Notes: generated by a model from the letters alone, not told the origin. Counted from the stretch's first letter, positions 33,387 to 42,763 are shown. The stretch is 64,000 nt of DNA from an uncultured Erysipelotrichaceae bacterium (GCA_902802905.1 CADCNT010000010.1:2393-66392); one strand, 5' to 3'. Made by a program: numbers and translations.

Positions 33387-34595
33387 ATGAAACCACAATA
33401 CATTCAAAATTTTGAAAAATTAGGCTTTGGACTATTTGTTCATTATGGACTTTATAGTGTTCTTGGAAAAGGCGAATGGTATGAACATGTCTACAATATG
33501 GACAAAGGGAAATATCATCTACTCTCTAATCGCTTCAAAGTAAGCAAATCATGGGCCACTAATTTAGTTAGAACCGCTAAAAAAGCGGGAGCGAGATATA
33601 TTACTTTTACTACAAGACATCATGATGGTTTTTCTTTATATGATACATGTGGTTTATCAAAGTTTGATGCTATTCATTCTTTAGCTAAACGCGATTTGGT
33701 TAAAGAGTTTGTGGAAGCATGTAATAAAGAAGGCATTGTTCCAATGTTTTATCACACCTTGATTGATTGGGATAATGATGACTATAAAAACAACTTTTCA
33801 AAATACATTGATTATCTTATTAAAAGCATTGAGATATTATGCACTAAATACGGCCGTATTGGTGGATTCTGGTTTGATGGATATTGGGATAAGCCAAACG
33901 CTGATTGGCAGTTTGATCGTCTTTATAAAACAATAAGAAAATATCAACCAGAGGCCATTATTATTAATAACACCGGCTTATCGGCTCTAGGAGAAGTTAG
34001 CCATTATGATATTGACTCTGTTACCTTTGAAAGAGGAAAACCATTTAGGGTTTCTTCTAGTGATGGCAAAGAAAGAGCAGGAGAAGTGTGTGATTCCTTA
34101 ACTGACCATTGGGGATATGCAAAAAATGATATCGCTTTTAAAAGCATTCCTTATTTAATTGAAGAGTTAGTGGAATGCAGATATCAAAGATGTAACTTAT
34201 TACTTAATGTCGGTCCGCTTGCTAGTGGCGAATTAAGACCATTAGAAAAAGATATTTTGTTTGAATTTGGTAAATGGGTGAAACTACAAAGACATGTGAT
34301 TTTTGATTGTGTTCCTAGCGGAATTAAGGCTACAAATGCATGCGTTTTTGAAGATGATAAATATTATTATGCCCTTATCAATAATGTTCCGATGAGCGCT
34401 AACGAGAATGTTACCCGTCAACAAAATAGGCCGCAAGTAATTATCCGTACCAATAAAAGAATAGCGGAGCCTAAATATTTGGATGATAACGACCAAAAAA
34501 TAAAAGTGGATCAAAAGACACATTCGTTTGAAGTGCTTCCATTTATGTATGGTAATAGCCTTTACACTAGAGTGGTGAGATTCAAGTTAAAATAA
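33387..34595 (+). CDS. GH29 alpha-L-fucosidase
   Basis: FGLFVHYGLYS, TTRHHDGFSL, FWFDG, HWGY, NLLLNVGP. Confidence 0.92.
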   Translation: MKPQYIQNFEKLGFGLFVHYGLYSVLGKGEWYEHVYNMDKGKYHLLSNRFKVSKSWATNLVRTAKKAGARYITFTTRHHDGFSLYDTCGLSKFDAIHSLAKRDLVKEFVEACNKEGIVPMFYHTLIDWDNDDYKNNFSKYIDYLIKSIEILCTKYGRIGGFWFDGYWDKPNADWQFDRLYKTIRKYQPEAIIINNTGLSALGEVSHYDIDSVTFERGKPFRVSSSDGKERAGEVCDSLTDHWGYAKNDIAFKSIPYLIEELVECRYQRCNLLLNVGPLASGELRPLEKDILFEFGKWVKLQRHVIFDCVPSGIKATNACVFEDDKYYYALINNVPMSANENVTRQQNRPQVIIRTNKRIAEPKYLDDNDQKIKVDQKTHSFEVLPFMYGNSLYTRVVRFKLK

Positions 34596-34625
34596 AACGC
34601 CGTATTGTGTTAAGAAGTCGATTGT

Positions 34626-35690
34626 ATGAATGTAATAGACATCATTTCTAAGTTTAATATTGTAGGAAGTGTTATTGATTATTCTCCAATTGGAAATGGT
34701 CATATCAACACGACCTTTTTAATTAAAACTGATTGTGAAAAAGCCTATGTCTTGCAAAAGATAAATAACAACGTTTTTAAAAATGTTGATGGATTAATGA
34801 ATAACATCTTTCAAGTTACAGAATATCTAAGCAACAATGATTTTGAAACATTAGAGTTAATTAAAACAAAAGACGGCGGTGTTTATTATCAAGTCGGAAA
34901 TGAATATTATCGAGTCCTAGTGTTTATTGATAATGCGATTTGTTATGAGGGAGTTACAGACTTGCAACAAGTTTATAACGCCGGGAAAGCTTTTGGCTTA
35001 TTGCATAAAGCATTAAGAGGATTTGATGCTTCTTTGCTATATGAAGTTATCCCTAACTTCCATAACACTAAACAAAGATATAACGATTTATTAGTATCGA
35101 TTAAAAGCGATCAAGTTAATAGAGTTAAGGATTGCAAAACAGAAATTGATAATCTTCTTAGATATGAGAAACAATATTCAATAATAGTAGATGCATTAGC
35201 AAATAAAGAAATATCTTTTGTGGTTACTCATAACGATCCAAAAATTAACAATGTCTTATTTGATAAGACTAGTGGAGATATACGCGCGGTCATTGATTTA
35301 GATACGATAATGCCTGGCAGTTATCTTTATGACTTTGGTGACGCTTTAAGAAGTTTATTTACTGGTGAATATGAAGATTCAAAAGATTTATCTAAGATTG
35401 GTGTTAACACACAAATATTTGAAAAGTATACAGCGGGATATCTTAATGAGATGAAAGATGTTTTAAATAAGAAAGAAATATCCCTTTTAGCGTTTTCAAC
35501 TTTCTTGTTAACTATCGAGTCTGCAATAAGATTTATAACAGATTATCTTAATGGTGATACATACTTTAAGACCGATTATCCTGAACATAATCTAATAAGA
35601 GCGAGAACACAGTTAAAGCTCGCTAATGAGATTTTTAATCGACTACCTGAATTGAATAAAATAGTTCAAGAATGTTTGACTAAAAAGTAA
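34626..35690 (+). CDS. APH-family phosphotransferase, N-acetylhexosamine 1-kinase-like
   Basis: GNGHINTT, LQKIN, IPNFHNT, THNDPKINN, IDLDT, YDFGD, RFITDYLNGDTYFK, HNLIRA. Confidence 0.85.
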   Translation: MNVIDIISKFNIVGSVIDYSPIGNGHINTTFLIKTDCEKAYVLQKINNNVFKNVDGLMNNIFQVTEYLSNNDFETLELIKTKDGGVYYQVGNEYYRVLVFIDNAICYEGVTDLQQVYNAGKAFGLLHKALRGFDASLLYEVIPNFHNTKQRYNDLLVSIKSDQVNRVKDCKTEIDNLLRYEKQYSIIVDALANKEISFVVTHNDPKINNVLFDKTSGDIRAVIDLDTIMPGSYLYDFGDALRSLFTGEYEDSKDLSKIGVNTQIFEKYTAGYLNEMKDVLNKKEISLLAFSTFLLTIESAIRFITDYLNGDTYFKTDYPEHNLIRARTQLKLANEIFNRLPELNKIVQECLTKK

Positions 35691-35746
35691 AAATAAGTGG
35701 CCTCTGTTGGTTTTTAAATAAAAATGTTAAAAAAGGAGAAAACAAT

Positions 35747-36565
35747 ATGAACTTCATTGATTCTAAATTTGTAAAAGAAATAAGTGAAATAACCGATAAC
35801 ATGTATCGTCAAGGCTGGGATGAACGTAATGGCGGAAATATCTCATATATGATTGATGAAGAATATGTTAGAGAATATTTTCCTAAAGACATTTTTATTA
35901 GAGACATTGAACTTGGTTTTACCGCTGATGAGTTGCTTATAGGCAAGTACTTTTTAGTTACTGGAACTGGTAAATACTTTAGGAACATCATTAAAGATCC
36001 TGAGAATAATTTAGGATTAGTAAAAATAGATGATAGCGGCCATGTTGCTCATCTTATTTGGGGATATAAATGTGGTGGCAAGATGACAAGCGAATTTCCA
36101 GCTCACTTAATGAGCCACGCGGCAAGATTAAAAGTAAATCCAAAAAATCGAATAGTAATGCACACTCACCCAACATATACAATCTGTATGGGAGCATGTT
36201 TGCCAGTTGATGATATTGTCTTCACAAGAAAACTTTGGAAATCAAACACTGAAGCAGTAGTGGTTTTCCCTGAAGGCATAGGCGTACTTCCTTGCATGAT
36301 TTGTGGCACAAACGAAATTGGAGAGGCTACTGCTGAAAAAATGAAAGAATATCGTTTAGTTTCTTGGACTAACCATGGAATATATGGTGTTGGCGAAACT
36401 ATCGATGAAGCTTTTGGCTTAATTGAAACTGTAGAGAAGACCGCTCAGATTTATATGATTAGCCTTGGCCATGTTGTTAATGAAATTCCTGATGAAGTTA
36501 TTATTGGTTTAGCAAAGCTATGGAATTTAAAAATGAAACCAGGTGTTATTGATGATAAAAAATAA
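35747..36565 (+). CDS. rhaD: Class II aldolase, rhamnulose-1-phosphate aldolase family
   Basis: GWDERNGGNIS, TGTGKYFRN, TSEFPAH, HTHPT, NHG, FGLIETVEK. Confidence 0.9.
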   Translation: MNFIDSKFVKEISEITDNMYRQGWDERNGGNISYMIDEEYVREYFPKDIFIRDIELGFTADELLIGKYFLVTGTGKYFRNIIKDPENNLGLVKIDDSGHVAHLIWGYKCGGKMTSEFPAHLMSHAARLKVNPKNRIVMHTHPTYTICMGACLPVDDIVFTRKLWKSNTEAVVVFPEGIGVLPCMICGTNEIGEATAEKMKEYRLVSWTNHGIYGVGETIDEAFGLIETVEKTAQIYMISLGHVVNEIPDEVIIGLAKLWNLKMKPGVIDDKK

Positions 36566-37862
36566 GTATTATCTCGCTATTGATTTAGGTGCCTCTGGTG
36601 GCAGACACATCATTGGTTATCAGAGAAACGATAAAATCGTTTTAAAAGAAGTATATCGTTTCAAAACAATGATGGAAGATACTGCTGATGGTTTTGTGTG
36701 GAACCATGTTCGTATCTTTAATGAGATAATTCACGGGATAAAAAAAGCATTTGAGTTATATCCAGAGATTGTTTCTTTAGCAATCGATACTTGGGGTGTT
36801 GATTATGTACTTTTAAACGGAGATAAACCAATGCCTCCGTTTTATGCATATCGAAATAAACGTAATATCGCTTCTAGCGAGCATGTTAATAAAATCATTC
36901 CTTTTGCAGAATTATATAAAATGACTGGCGCGCAATTTGCAACATATAACACTATTTATCAGCTATATGCAGATAAAAGAGAAGGCAGATTACTAAACGC
37001 TACTGATTATTTGATGATACCTAGTTATTACACATATAAGTTAACAGGTATAAAGACTCACGAATACACTGATGAATCTACAACATCACTTTTAAATCCA
37101 TTAACAGGGCAATATGCATATCCACTAATTGATTTATTAGACTTGCCAAGAAGACTATTTGGCAAAATTATGTTTGCTGGTAACTATGTTGGAGAATTAC
37201 TTCCAGAAATTCAGAAGAAAGTTGGGGGTAACTGCAAAGTTGTTTTGTGTGCGTCTCATGACACCGCTAGCGCTTTTGAATCTACCGATATCGATGAAGA
37301 ATCTGTCTTTATTTCTAGTGGAACTTGGTCGCTTTTAGGAATAAAAACCGATTCTCCAATCATTTCTGAACAATCACTAAAAGCAAACTACACTAATGAA
37401 GGTGGAGTTGGCTACATTAGGTTTTTAAAAAACATTATGGGTATGTGGGTTGCTAATAGTCTTAAAAACCAATTACATCTAGCACATGCTTATATAGACA
37501 AGCACATAGATAGTGTTGATTACAAAGTTACATTTGATATAAATGATATCAGCCTTCTTGCTCCTGAAAATATGAAAAAGGCTTTATTAAAACTATTAGA
37601 GAAATGCCCTCCTCAAAACGATTTGGAACTCTTTGCTTCTATTTATCGTTCGATGGCTATTTCTTATAGTAATGCGATTAAAGAATTAGAGAATATTACA
37701 AATAGAACATTTAAAAAGATTGTCATCGTTGGTGGTGGTTCTAAAAACAAATATTTAAATAGTCTTGTAGAAGAATATACAGGTAAAAAAGTAATTGTTG
37801 GTTCAACAGAAGCAACAGCGCTTGGTAATATTAAAATGCAAATGAAAGCAAATAAAGACTAA
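36552..37862 (+). CDS. rhaB: FGGY kinase, rhamnulokinase/fuculokinase-like
   Basis: AIDLGASGGR, IDTWGVD, SHDTASA, SSGTWSL, TNEGG, KNIMGMW, VGGG, EATALGN. Confidence 0.88.
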   Translation: MIKNKYYLAIDLGASGGRHIIGYQRNDKIVLKEVYRFKTMMEDTADGFVWNHVRIFNEIIHGIKKAFELYPEIVSLAIDTWGVDYVLLNGDKPMPPFYAYRNKRNIASSEHVNKIIPFAELYKMTGAQFATYNTIYQLYADKREGRLLNATDYLMIPSYYTYKLTGIKTHEYTDESTTSLLNPLTGQYAYPLIDLLDLPRRLFGKIMFAGNYVGELLPEIQKKVGGNCKVVLCASHDTASAFESTDIDEESVFISSGTWSLLGIKTDSPIISEQSLKANYTNEGGVGYIRFLKNIMGMWVANSLKNQLHLAHAYIDKHIDSVDYKVTFDINDISLLAPENMKKALLKLLEKCPPQNDLELFASIYRSMAISYSNAIKELENITNRTFKKIVIVGGGSKNKYLNSLVEEYTGKKVIVGSTEATALGNIKMQMKANKD

Positions 37863-37881
37863 CTACTAATAACTATGGTTT

Positions 37882-37906
37882 AGCGTCATTATATATGGCG
37901 CTTTTT
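37882..37906. terminator. Probable bidirectional terminator
   Basis: AGCGTCAT-TATAT-ATGGCGCT followed by a T-run, between convergent genes. Confidence 0.6.
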
Positions 37907-38747
37907 ATTTTGTAGCTCTTTTTAAAGAAGCAAAGGCTTCAAAATATCTTTTTCCTAAAGTCAAAATTGATTCTTTTGAGAAATGGTCTAAATCGCCATT
38001 ATGAATGGCTTCTGCATTGCTAGGTAAATCGGAAGTAGAAACAAACGCTGCATTACCGATTTTATTACATACATCGATAGTGGCTTTTTCCACAGCTTCT
38101 GTTTCGACTAAATAACGTTTTTTCCAATCCCTGCACATGCCGCCAGTGATAATTGGAAAATCAAATTGCTTATATTCTTCTCTAAAGGCTACGAACTGCT
38201 TTAAAAGATTTGAATAGTAATAGTTGTATCTTTCATCATAAGTAAACTGAGCGTTTTCGAATGCATCATGTTCTCCTTGATGCCAAAGGAAAGCGACTAT
38301 TCTATTGTTCTTGTTTAAGGATAGTCCGACATTAACCATGTCTAATATTCTTATATATAATGGGTTACCGACACCATGTTGGTCAAAAGCAAACCCGCTT
38401 CCGCCATAACCAGTTTTGATTACAAGTATTTTTCTATTTGGGGAATAAAACTGTGATTTTTTATATTCTTCAACAAAGCCAAGTGATAAATCAGCGTTAT
38501 ATTTATCTTCAGATTTTCTTTCTTGTAGTTCTCTTATTATTGTCTCTACAGGATAGACAAAATCTAGACCACCATAAGATCCATCTTCTTTTAATTTCAT
38601 TCCGAATTTATTCTTATCAATTATTTCATAAGCATCAGATATTACTAAAGGCTTACTATCGAGTGAAACACCGTATCCTTCTGCATTGCTTTGACCAGCA
38701 AGAATGATGATATCAAATTCCATCTTGCTTAAATCATCTTTATTCAT
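37905..38747 (-). CDS. Sialate O-acetylesterase (SASA)/CE6-like SGNH esterase
   Basis: AGQSNAEG, WHQGEHD, DLDHF. Confidence 0.85.
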   Translation of the reverse strand: MNKDDLSKMEFDIIILAGQSNAEGYGVSLDSKPLVISDAYEIIDKNKFGMKLKEDGSYGGLDFVYPVETIIRELQERKSEDKYNADLSLGFVEEYKKSQFYSPNRKILVIKTGYGGSGFAFDQHGVGNPLYIRILDMVNVGLSLNKNNRIVAFLWHQGEHDAFENAQFTYDERYNYYYSNLLKQFVAFREEYKQFDFPIITGGMCRDWKKRYLVETEAVEKATIDVCNKIGNAAFVSTSDLPSNAEAIHNGDLDHFSKESILTLGKRYFEAFASLKRATK

Positions 38748-38761
38748 ATATTAATTGCCTT

Positions 38762-40300
38762 TTAAATTCTTTTTTCTAACTCTAAACAGATATAGTGATA
38801 TATTGGCAAGTGATATTCTTGCACTTTGTATGTTTCTGTTTCTGGCGCTTTAATGCAGACGGAAGATAATCTAGATAGTTCGCTATCGTTTTTGCCGGTT
38901 AACGAGATAGTCTTAAGCCCCAACGATTTTGCTATCTTAGCGGCGTTAACAACGTTTTTTGAATTCCCTGATGTTGATAACATCAATAAAACATCATTAG
39001 GACTATTTTTAGAATATCCAACAACTTCTTGAGCAAAAATAAAGTCTGGATCTACATCGTTGCTAAAGGCAGTTAAGAAAGCAACTTGAGATGTAAGATC
39101 GATACAAGGGATGCCTAATTGCAATTTGCTTGAAACCTCTTCATTGAATTCTTGATTAATTTTGTTGAATATTTCTTTGTTTAGGGGCGCTCTTTTAACA
39201 AATGCTTTCATTAGTTCAGCAGTGATATGAGCAGCGTCGCTGCTAGAACCGCCATTTCCGCATACCAAAATCTTGCCATTGTTTTTATAGCAGCTTTCTA
39301 AGATATCAATCGCATGTTCAATGTTCTCTTTTTGGTTACTTAATTCTGGATAACGTTCATAAAATGTCTTCATATCATCACCTACTGTTATTCCCATTAA
39401 CGAAGAATAGTCATCTATTTGTTCTTGTAGCATTGAAGGCACAACCCTGCATGCTTCAAAGTTATTTTTGATTGTGTTATTTTTAACGGATTCTAATACT
39501 TTCTTTTCCAGTATGTCTATACATCTTGGATAGATACCTCCTATAACCACTAAATCTAGATTTAAGATATCTATCAAAACAGAAATGGTTTCTCCTAATC
39601 TCTTAGCGACTTCATCTAATACTTCTATAGCTACTTTATCGCCTAATCTTGCTTCATCTGCAATGTCTTTAGTTGTAAGTGTTTGATACTTATTAAGAGC
39701 GGTGGACTTGTCTTTGATATATTCTTTTGCCCAAAGAGGAATGTTGCCTCCTGCGACAAACCCTTCAACTGAACCAGCTTTGTTATAACCAACTGGACCA
39801 ATTTCACTTAAACGAACGTGACCAATTTCTCCTGCCATCCCATTATGACCTACATAAAGCTTGTCGTTTAGAATTAATCCGCTTCCTATACCAGTGCCAA
39901 AGGTTAGATATGCCATATTGTGATAGCCTTTTCCAGCACCGAGTTTATATTCTGCTAGCGCACATGCATCTGCATCGTTAAGCATATAAACGTCAGTGTG
40001 ATACTTTTGTTTTAAAAGATTTACTATTGGGAAATTATCAAAGCCAGGCAGATGTGGTGGCTTTAATAACAACCCTTTATTGATATCTAATGGACCTCCA
40101 ACAGAAATAGAGATAGCTTCTGCTGAATAAGGAGATTTATCGATAATTGAATATATTTGTTCCATTTCTTTTTCTGGATTATTAGGGAATGAAGCAAAAA
40201 CTACTTTTTCGATATTAGAAAAGCCACCATCATAAAAGGCGTGTGTTACAGCGGTTTTTGTGCCGCCTATTGATATTCCAAAAACACTGATCTTTTTCAT
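38762..40300 (-). CDS. ROK-family sugar kinase fused to a SIS (GmhA-like) phosphosugar isomerase domain
   Basis: N-part IGGTKT, NDADACALAE, GTGIGSG, AGEIGH. C-part CGNGGSSSDAAH, TAFSND, STSGNS, QEYH. Confidence 0.88.
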   Translation of the reverse strand: MKKISVFGISIGGTKTAVTHAFYDGGFSNIEKVVFASFPNNPEKEMEQIYSIIDKSPYSAEAISISVGGPLDINKGLLLKPPHLPGFDNFPIVNLLKQKYHTDVYMLNDADACALAEYKLGAGKGYHNMAYLTFGTGIGSGLILNDKLYVGHNGMAGEIGHVRLSEIGPVGYNKAGSVEGFVAGGNIPLWAKEYIKDKSTALNKYQTLTTKDIADEARLGDKVAIEVLDEVAKRLGETISVLIDILNLDLVVIGGIYPRCIDILEKKVLESVKNNTIKNNFEACRVVPSMLQEQIDDYSSLMGITVGDDMKTFYERYPELSNQKENIEHAIDILESCYKNNGKILVCGNGGSSSDAAHITAELMKAFVKRAPLNKEIFNKINQEFNEEVSSKLQLGIPCIDLTSQVAFLTAFSNDVDPDFIFAQEVVGYSKNSPNDVLLMLSTSGNSKNVVNAAKIAKSLGLKTISLTGKNDSELSRLSSVCIKAPETETYKVQEYHLPIYHYICLELEKRI

Positions 40301-40418
40301 TGATTATCGCTATGAATATTATACATTTTATATATAATAAGACTGCTATTTTTTAATAATATTTAGTGTTTAAGTGACATCAGTTGCTTTTTTATAGTGA
40401 TTATCATTTATTGCTGTG

Positions 40419-40436
40419 GCATAATTATGCTATAAT
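40419..40436 (+). promoter_or_regulatory. Toxin-antitoxin promoter with palindromic operator
   Basis: Perfect palindrome GCATAATTATGC (40419-40430) abutting an extended -10 TGcTATAAT. Confidence 0.65.
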
Positions 40437-40456
40437 TTTGTCAAGAAGGAACAATT

Positions 40457-40720
40457 ATGCCAACAATTATACCAATTAGAGACCTAAGAAATACCAGTGA
40501 GATTTCAGAAATGGCCCACAAAAAACAAGAACCTATTTTTATTACTAAAAACGGATATAGCGATTTAGTTTTAATGAGCACTGAATTATATGAGAAGATT
40601 GCTCTTACTAATCGTATAGATCAAGCTATTTTTGAATCTGAAGAAGAAGTCTTGAATGGTGCTAAGCCGATTTCTTTAAAAGAAGCAAGGAAACAGCTAG
40701 ATGGAAAATATTACAAATGA
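40457..40720 (+). CDS. Type II antitoxin, Phd/YefM family
   Basis: IIPIRDLRN...EPIFITKNG..DLVLMS.ELYE. Confidence 0.9.
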   Translation: MPTIIPIRDLRNTSEISEMAHKKQEPIFITKNGYSDLVLMSTELYEKIALTNRIDQAIFESEEEVLNGAKPISLKEARKQLDGKYYK

Positions 40721-41015
40721 ATATGAAATTTTAGTCAATCCTAGGGCATGTAGAGATATTGAAGACATTTATAAATATATATCTTCAGAAATATTGGAAC
40801 CAATAGTTGCCAAACAACAAACAGACCGCATTTGGGATGCAATTAGCCTGCTATCTACTTTTCCTTATTCCCATCAGGACAGGATTGTAGGAAGATATGC
40901 TGGGAAAGGCTATAAACAGCTTCTTATAGACAACTATATGGTTATCTATAGAATAACTGAAGATAAAAAAATTGTGACTGTTGTAACAGTTCAATACGCC
41001 GGCAGAAATATTTAA
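40701..41015 (+). CDS. Type II toxin, RelE/ParE family
   Basis: Overlaps the antitoxin; A.RDIEDIY.YI...L..FP...DNYMVIYRI.....V.V..V.Y. Confidence 0.88.
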   Translation: MENITNEYEILVNPRACRDIEDIYKYISSEILEPIVAKQQTDRIWDAISLLSTFPYSHQDRIVGRYAGKGYKQLLIDNYMVIYRITEDKKIVTVVTVQYAGRNI

Positions 41016-41203
41016 TTGCTATTAAATAGACATAGTAGCTAATAAATAACACTTGGGTGGATATGAAAATCACTCTCGCTAGTAAGCGGAGTTCTTTATG
41101 TATATGTTCAATAGAAGAACGAGTATTTATAAACAAGTGGTGGAACATATATTCATACTATAATCCGATGTTGCATAAATAGATGCTTGTTTGTTTATAG
41201 TTA

Positions 41204-41232
41204 TTGAAAATAAAGCTCCAATTGATTATGAT
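41204..41232 (+). promoter_or_regulatory. Sigma-A-like promoter of the tRNA
   Basis: TTGAAA-17 bp-TATGAT, ending 10 nt before the tRNA. Confidence 0.55.
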
Positions 41233-41242
41233 AATTAGCACT

Positions 41243-41318
41243 GGGTCTGTAGCTCACCTGGGAGAGCGTATCGTTCGCAACGATAAGGTAGGGAGTTCGA
41301 GCCTCCTCAGATCCACCA
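41243..41318 (+). tRNA. tRNA-Ala(CGC)
   Basis: 76 nt; acceptor GGGTCTG/CAGATCC with the G3:U70 Ala determinant; anticodon arm TATCG-TTCGCAA-CGATA; T-loop TTCGAGC; encoded CCA. Confidence 0.96.
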
Positions 41319-41331
41319 AAATAGTGAAAAA

Positions 41332-41414
41332 TGTTGTTGTCTAAAGTCACTTATTCGAAATTGGACAAAACGACTTATCCAGCATAGATTAGGCCTCTTA
41401 TGAGGTCTTTTCTT
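41332..41414 (+). repeat. ~84-bp intergenic element copy 1 (ends in terminator AGGCCTC-loop-GAGGTCT-TTT)
   Basis: Aligns without gaps, except in the terminator loop, to 43885-43968. Partial third copy at 44761-44805. Confidence 0.8.
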
Positions 41415-41433
41415 TGACCTTTATTATTTCTTG

Positions 41434-41465
41434 TGTGACACTTTTGTGACAACCACTGTGATAAT
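41434..41465 (+). promoter_or_regulatory. Regulon motif copy 1
   Basis: TGTGACA-CTTT-TGTGACA-accac-TGTGATAAT upstream of precursors 1-2. Confidence 0.8.
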
Positions 41466-41488
41466 ATAAAATCAACTAAGGAGATATT

Positions 41489-41782
41489 ATGCATATGAAA
41501 CAAGATTTATTAAAAGGTTTAACTAAAGAACAAATCGCAAAAGTTAAAGCATGCAAAAATCATGAAGAACTATTAGCGTTAGCAAAAGAAGAAGGCATTG
41601 AATTAACTGATGAACAACTATCCGCTATTAGTGGTGGTGGTGTCTGTAGTGTTGCTTCAGATGTTGGAGATTTTTTTAATCCATTTGATTGTCCAGAGTG
41701 TGGAAGCAACAAAGTTGAGGCAGTGAAAGGCAAAGGTAATCTATTCCAATGCCAAAGCTGCGGATTTAAATGGAGAGAGTAA
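41489..41782 (+). CDS. Nif11-like double-glycine leader precursor 1 with zinc-ribbon-like core
   Basis: Leader ...ELLALAKEEGIELTDEQLSAISGG; core GVC...CPEC-X16-CQSCGFKW. True start may be ATG 41495. Confidence 0.88.
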   Translation: MHMKQDLLKGLTKEQIAKVKACKNHEELLALAKEEGIELTDEQLSAISGGGVCSVASDVGDFFNPFDCPECGSNKVEAVKGKGNLFQCQSCGFKWRE

Positions 41783-41789
41783 AGATTCC

Positions 41790-42083
41790 ATGAAACAAGA
41801 TTTATTAAAAGGCTTAACTAAAGAACAAATCGCAAAAGTTAAAGCATGTAAAAACCACGATGAGCTTTTAAGCCTTGCTAAAGAAGAAGGCATTGAGCTC
41901 ACTGATGAACAATTACAAGTCGTTAGTGGTGGCGGCGCCTGCAGTGCTATTTCCAGTATTGGCGATAAAATCAATCCATGGGATTGCCCAAGATGCGGTG
42001 CGAACAAACCTGTAAAAGATGGCAGGACCTACACTTGCGAGAAGTGCGGCTACACATGGACAGACAATAGTTCACCAATTTAA
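41790..42083 (+). CDS. Nif11-like leader precursor 2
   Basis: Same leader (...QVVSGG); core GAC...CPRC-X13-CEKCGYTW. Confidence 0.88.
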   Translation: MKQDLLKGLTKEQIAKVKACKNHDELLSLAKEEGIELTDEQLQVVSGGGACSAISSIGDKINPWDCPRCGANKPVKDGRTYTCEKCGYTWTDNSSPI

Positions 42084-42108
42084 TAAAAACGTTAATTATT
42101 CTATCGTG

Positions 42109-42132
42109 ACCGAGTGAAATATCTCGGTTTTT
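42109..42132 (+). terminator. Intrinsic terminator
   Basis: ACCGAG-TGAAATAT-CTCGGT-TTTT. Confidence 0.7.
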
Positions 42133-42255
42133 CTTTTGCTTGCTCGTATTCGAGCCACGTGGCGCGTTTCTTTTATTAATAAAAACTAATTACTATCGGG
42201 TAGAATTAACGTGTTAATAGAGAAAAAAATATGAAAGCAAGATTAATATTTCTTG

Positions 42256-42287
42256 TGTGACACTTTTGTGGCGATTACCGTGATAAC
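42256..42287 (+). promoter_or_regulatory. Regulon motif copy 2
   Basis: TGTGACA-CTTT-TGTGGCG-attac-CGTGATAAC upstream of precursor 3. Confidence 0.75.
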
Positions 42288-42315
42288 ATATTATTATTCA
42301 AGGAGAATATAGCTT

Positions 42316-42603
42316 ATGAAGCAAGATTTATTAAAAGGTTTAACTGACGAACAAATCGCTAAAGTTCAAGCATGTAAAGATCGCGAAGAATTGTTATTAT
42401 TAGCAAAATCTGAAGGGATTGAACTTACCGATGAACAACTAGAAGCTGTTAATGGTGGAGCGTGTTCTAACACAGATAATTGTCCGCCATGTCCATCATG
42501 TCGAAGCACTAATGTTAAATTAAGACAATCTGGCAAGATTTTAAAAAAATACAAGTGTAATGATTGTGGTAAAGAGTTCCAAACAGAATATACAAGCAAA
42601 TAA
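42316..42603 (+). CDS. Nif11-like leader precursor 3
   Basis: Leader ...EAVNGG; core AC...CPPCPSC-X18-CNDCGKEF; RBS AAGGAG. Confidence 0.88.
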   Translation: MKQDLLKGLTDEQIAKVQACKDREELLLLAKSEGIELTDEQLEAVNGGACSNTDNCPPCPSCRSTNVKLRQSGKILKKYKCNDCGKEFQTEYTSK

Positions 42604-42763
42604 ACTAACTGCCTTCAAACTTAATCAATATAAAATAAAAGCCGGGTGTAAAAGTGAACTAGTCGAACAAAAACAAACATATATCGTTAAAGATTTATTG
42701 GAAGCGGAAGGTCTTGTTTAGGAGTTATTTATTTTGCTACAATAAACTCAAAGGGGAATTAAA

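Noticed and set aside
880-39981. Numerous short alternative-frame or antisense ORFs inside long genes
   Set aside because: Nested in well-supported CDSs, with no motifs or RBS.
40701-41015. Phd/RelE pair as partner of the HipA-like kinase
   Set aside because: It is a complete two-gene module 10 kb away with its own operator.
40942-41148. 68-aa minus-strand ORF overlapping the toxin 3' end
   Set aside because: No RBS or recognisable motif, and it overlaps a well-supported gene.
41434-41465. Motif as a CRP/FNR site
   Set aside because: TGTGA half-sites are present but in direct orientation, not TGTGA-N6-TCACA.
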